Below, in pieces: positions 61,201-64,000 of a stretch of DNA of 64,000 bases (position 1 is the stretch's first letter; each line of letters begins with the position of its first letter). The notes under the pieces were generated by a model, which saw only the letters and a program-made list of their open reading frames with translations, had not been told where the DNA came from and did not search any database. The DNA is taken from NCBI GenBank assembly GCA_030704615.1, contig CM060731.1, forward strand, positions 10,106,001-10,170,000, written 5' to 3'. The DNA is from Takakia lepidozioides (Eukaryota > Plantae > Bryophyta). A program made the translations under genes and the position numbers.

Positions 61201-63767
61201 GGCACCCAAAATACAAATGCCATGGACGACACAATTTATGGTCATGTCACAAATCATCCAACAAACCTGAGAGATGACACATTAGTCAAACCAATAATGC
61301 ACACCCAAGCTTTCAGGTAAGCTAGCCACAAATGAAGCTCAAAAACTGGAAATGCAAAGATGAATAAAACCTGGCATCTGTTGCCAAGCAGGCCCACCAT
61401 GGTTAGCAGGGACATGAGGCCCAGGCCCATAACCATCAGGGGCACGAAAAGCTTGCCAATCCTCCAGGTGGATGCCGGTGGGGACTACAGGGGGCACGGG
61501 ACGGCCTTCCCTGAAGCGTTCCATGAGATAGAGGGCCGTGCAGAATTCACGCATTGATAACATGCTGTCATTGTCCTGATCCGAAAGATCCCATACTTGC
61601 TTCAACACCTCTATAATAACAACAAAAAGGAGTAAGGAGAGGTGTGAATGGAGTGTTTTCTCCATCACATGAAAGTAAATATACAGGAGGGGTTGAGCTT
61701 TCTTGGACAACCACTAAGCAGGTAGTCCGTATGACGAAATCACAAGCTGGGTGTTATTCTCTCTCCAGAGGAAGGTAACACATCCATTTAGTCTGCCTCA
61801 GCCTGTAGTCAGTCTAAGCTTAGTCCTTACTTTCTGCCGGACTCTTTGTTGAAGCTCATTGCTATTACACACTGAAGTATCATAACTGCTCAATACTAGG
61901 TACTGTAACAGCCCTAGGGAGCTCAGAAGGGCTTTGTGTCTGGCTCTTCACAAATAACAGGAGGAAAGTTATGAATGCATACAAAGCCATTTATGAAACT
62001 GGTGTGTGGAATGATTCGCAGCAGGAACAGTATCACAAAATTAGAATGTCTACGATCCTCTGCAGTGGTGAGGGTGAATGTGGGGAGACATACTGAAGTT
62101 ACGAAGTCACTGGGCCTCCGCCTAACCAGGTAGCAATCATCATACATCATTACTCATCCTCAGCCTCCTATAACTTTGACAGAGGGTAAACGAAGCATGC
62201 TACAATCAGTCTAAATAATTGACCCACCTCTCGGCAGTTGCCAACTTAAAAAGAGTTCACGTGCTTGCTCCCCAGTTATCTTCCCATCATGATCAGTGTC
62301 CACCTTGCTGAACACACGTGTATACCGCTGCACATCATTTGCAGTCATCTGAGGCCACGAGGATTCCCTTCCAGAGACAGCATGTGGCCGGGCAACAAAA
62401 CCTTGTCCCACATCTGGAGATATTGACATAGGTGCAGGAGCTTGGGGAGCAGTGACAATTGCTGGCGATTTCCCCATGCTCACCGAAGACGCAAGTGGTG
62501 TAGGGACAGGGGATAGAGGTCCAACTGGCTCCGCTCGAAAAGGAGATTCCCCAAACCCTTGCAAAATTGAAGTAACCTTTGGCTGAGAAGAGGGTGGTGC
62601 CGCAGAGGGCTTGGATGTTGGGGCCACAGCAAACAAATCACCTCCAAAGGTACCATCTGCTTTTGCAGGATTATCACTGCTGCCAGAAGTAGCTTTGAAC
62701 GCACCACTGAACAAATCTGTACCTGCCTGAAATGCAGGCCCCACAAAAGCATCATATGGGGGAGCCTGTGTCTGTGTTGTTGTGCTTGTTGTTACTGCAG
62801 TTGCAGGGGTTATTGGCCTGGATGGTACGGAGGTTGGCGTTGATTGCAAACTGGGTACAGGGGACACACTTGACACCTGAGGAGCAGATGTCGGTGCTGA
62901 AGACGTGGGAGGGCGCCAGGTAGAATCTGTGGTGAAAAGGCTTCCAAGTGAGGGCAGTGTCTGCTGCACAGCTGACGCAGGCGGGGCGGGCCTAGGCAGT
63001 GGTTGGAAAGACCCAGTGGGTGCTACCTGCAGTTGACTAGGGTAGCGTCCCATGGAAGGAGTTGGGGTTGCACTACTTCCCTGAGAGGATAATTGCTGTG
63101 GAGGAGGCCCTCCAGATCCTCCCTGTGGACCTGTGGGAGGGGGTCCACTACTTCCCTGAGATGATAATTGCTTAGGAGGTCCTCCAAATCCTCCTTGGGA
63201 ACCTGTGTGAGGGGGTCCGCCACTTCCCTGAGATGATAACTGGTGAGGAGGTCCTCCGAATCCTCCTTGCAAACCTGCATGAGGCAGTCCACCACTTCCG
63301 GTGGATGATACTTGCTGAGGAGGTCCTCCAAATCCTCCTTGCGAACCTGTGTGAGCGAGTCCACCATTTCCCTGAGGAGGCCCTCCAAATCCTCCTTGCG
63401 AACCTGCATGGGCGAGTCCACCATTTCCCTGAGATGGTAATTGCTGAGGAGGCCCTCGAAATCCTCCTTGTGAGCCTGGGTGCGAGGGTGCACCACTTCC
63501 TTGAGATGATAACTGCTGAGGAGGCCCTCTGATTCCTCCTTGTGAACCTGCATGAGGGGGACCCTGCCCAAATCCAGATGGGGGAGGTAGGGGAGTGTTG
63601 ATCCGAGGAGGTGGGATTTGAGCAGCTGCAGGACCAGTCAATGCTGCCCTCACTAGTTCAGGTGTGATGTCCCTCCCTGTTTGAGCCACAGTAACCAGCT
63701 TCAAGGCATTGTAAAACTCAACCCTTGAGAGGTACCCTGTCCGCCCTTGATCGGAAAACTGCCAAAT
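55221..63767 (-). CDS. EH-domain (Eps15-homology) endocytic adaptor, AtEH1/EH2-Pan1-like; 5' end not in the modelled exons, probably beyond the window
   Basis: Exons 63767-62228, 61610-61371, 61144-60894, 60454-60380, 60142-60071, 59598-59500, 59260-59189, 58655-58541, 58147-58079, 57614-57266, 56914-56834, 56727-56583, 55969-55576, 55456(or 55420)-55221. EH1 (QIWQFSDQ...YL.R.EFYNALKLVTVAQ), EH2 (Y..VF.KVDTD.DGKITGEQAR.LFLSW.LPREVLKQVWDLSDQDNDSMLS.REFC.ALYLMER), coiled coil, acidic WDEDWDKFDDEG, C-terminal WSAF*. Confidence 0.93.
63070..63560 (-). repeat. Coding minisatellite, ~7 units of ~72 bp (24 aa; one unit shortened) in the EH gene
   Basis: Repeats of H(A/T/P)GSQGGFGGPPQQLSSQGSGG(P/L)(P/A) are visible in ORF 62211-63773. 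Confidence 0.9.
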
Positions 63768-64000
63768 CTGCAACCAACCATTGCCTCATTTGCAGGTCAG
63801 TAGTCTGTATCCAAGTCTGACCAAAAATGTACCCTAATCAGCAAGTGTATCTGCTGAAGTCCAGGACAATCAGAAGAGACGCGACTAGGACACACTACAT
63901 GTTGCTGACCGGTAGTATTTCAAACTCGACATAACCAGTCATTGCTTAAGGAAGGGAGCAAAAACACCACAGACCCAAACACCACATCTGCAAGGTTAGT

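Noticed and set aside
63023-63571. Alternative-frame ORFs (182 aa minus, 99 aa plus) over the EH repeat, and antisense ORFs over RPN6 and the LINE copies
   Set aside because: Shadow ORFs caused by repeat periodicity and codon bias in the true coding frame.
6044-63767. Apparent clustering of membrane-trafficking genes (p24, VPS35L, EH)
   Set aside because: The genes act in different pathways and are interspersed with unrelated genes; there is no evidence of a functional cluster.

Overview
Eukaryotic, intron-rich land-plant DNA; gene content and style suggest a non-seed plant such as a bryophyte or lycophyte (inference). Genes in order: the 3' end of a PLAC8/CNR gene (+); 26S proteasome lid RPN6 (-), followed by a decayed tandem copy of its last exon; a p24beta/TMED cargo receptor (+, head-to-head with RPN6); an IMPACT/YigZ-family gene (+); a 23-exon VPS35L/C16orf62 gene (+, ~970 aa); an FAD-monooxygenase pseudogene (-, three frameshifts); an intronless GT29 sialyltransferase-like/GALT29A gene (+); and a 5'-truncated EH-domain (EH1/Pan1-like) gene (-). 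The IMPACT and VPS35L introns hold many 5'-truncated copies of RTE-X-like LINEs. Family A has a (TC)n tail and family B a (CATTT)n tail; they insert into TC microsatellites and into each other's tails, building head-to-tail stacks with readable TSDs. The 43-47 kb intergenic block holds small DNA elements: a hAT MITE with a perfect 8-bp TSD, a second hAT-like MITE, mini-Helitrons, and a TTAA-flanked CCCC...GGGG element with piggyBac hallmarks, which is unexpected in a land plant. An ORF-poor spliced transcript may run divergently from the GT29 gene. All exon models were built by eye from splice signals and reading frame; no database searches were run.
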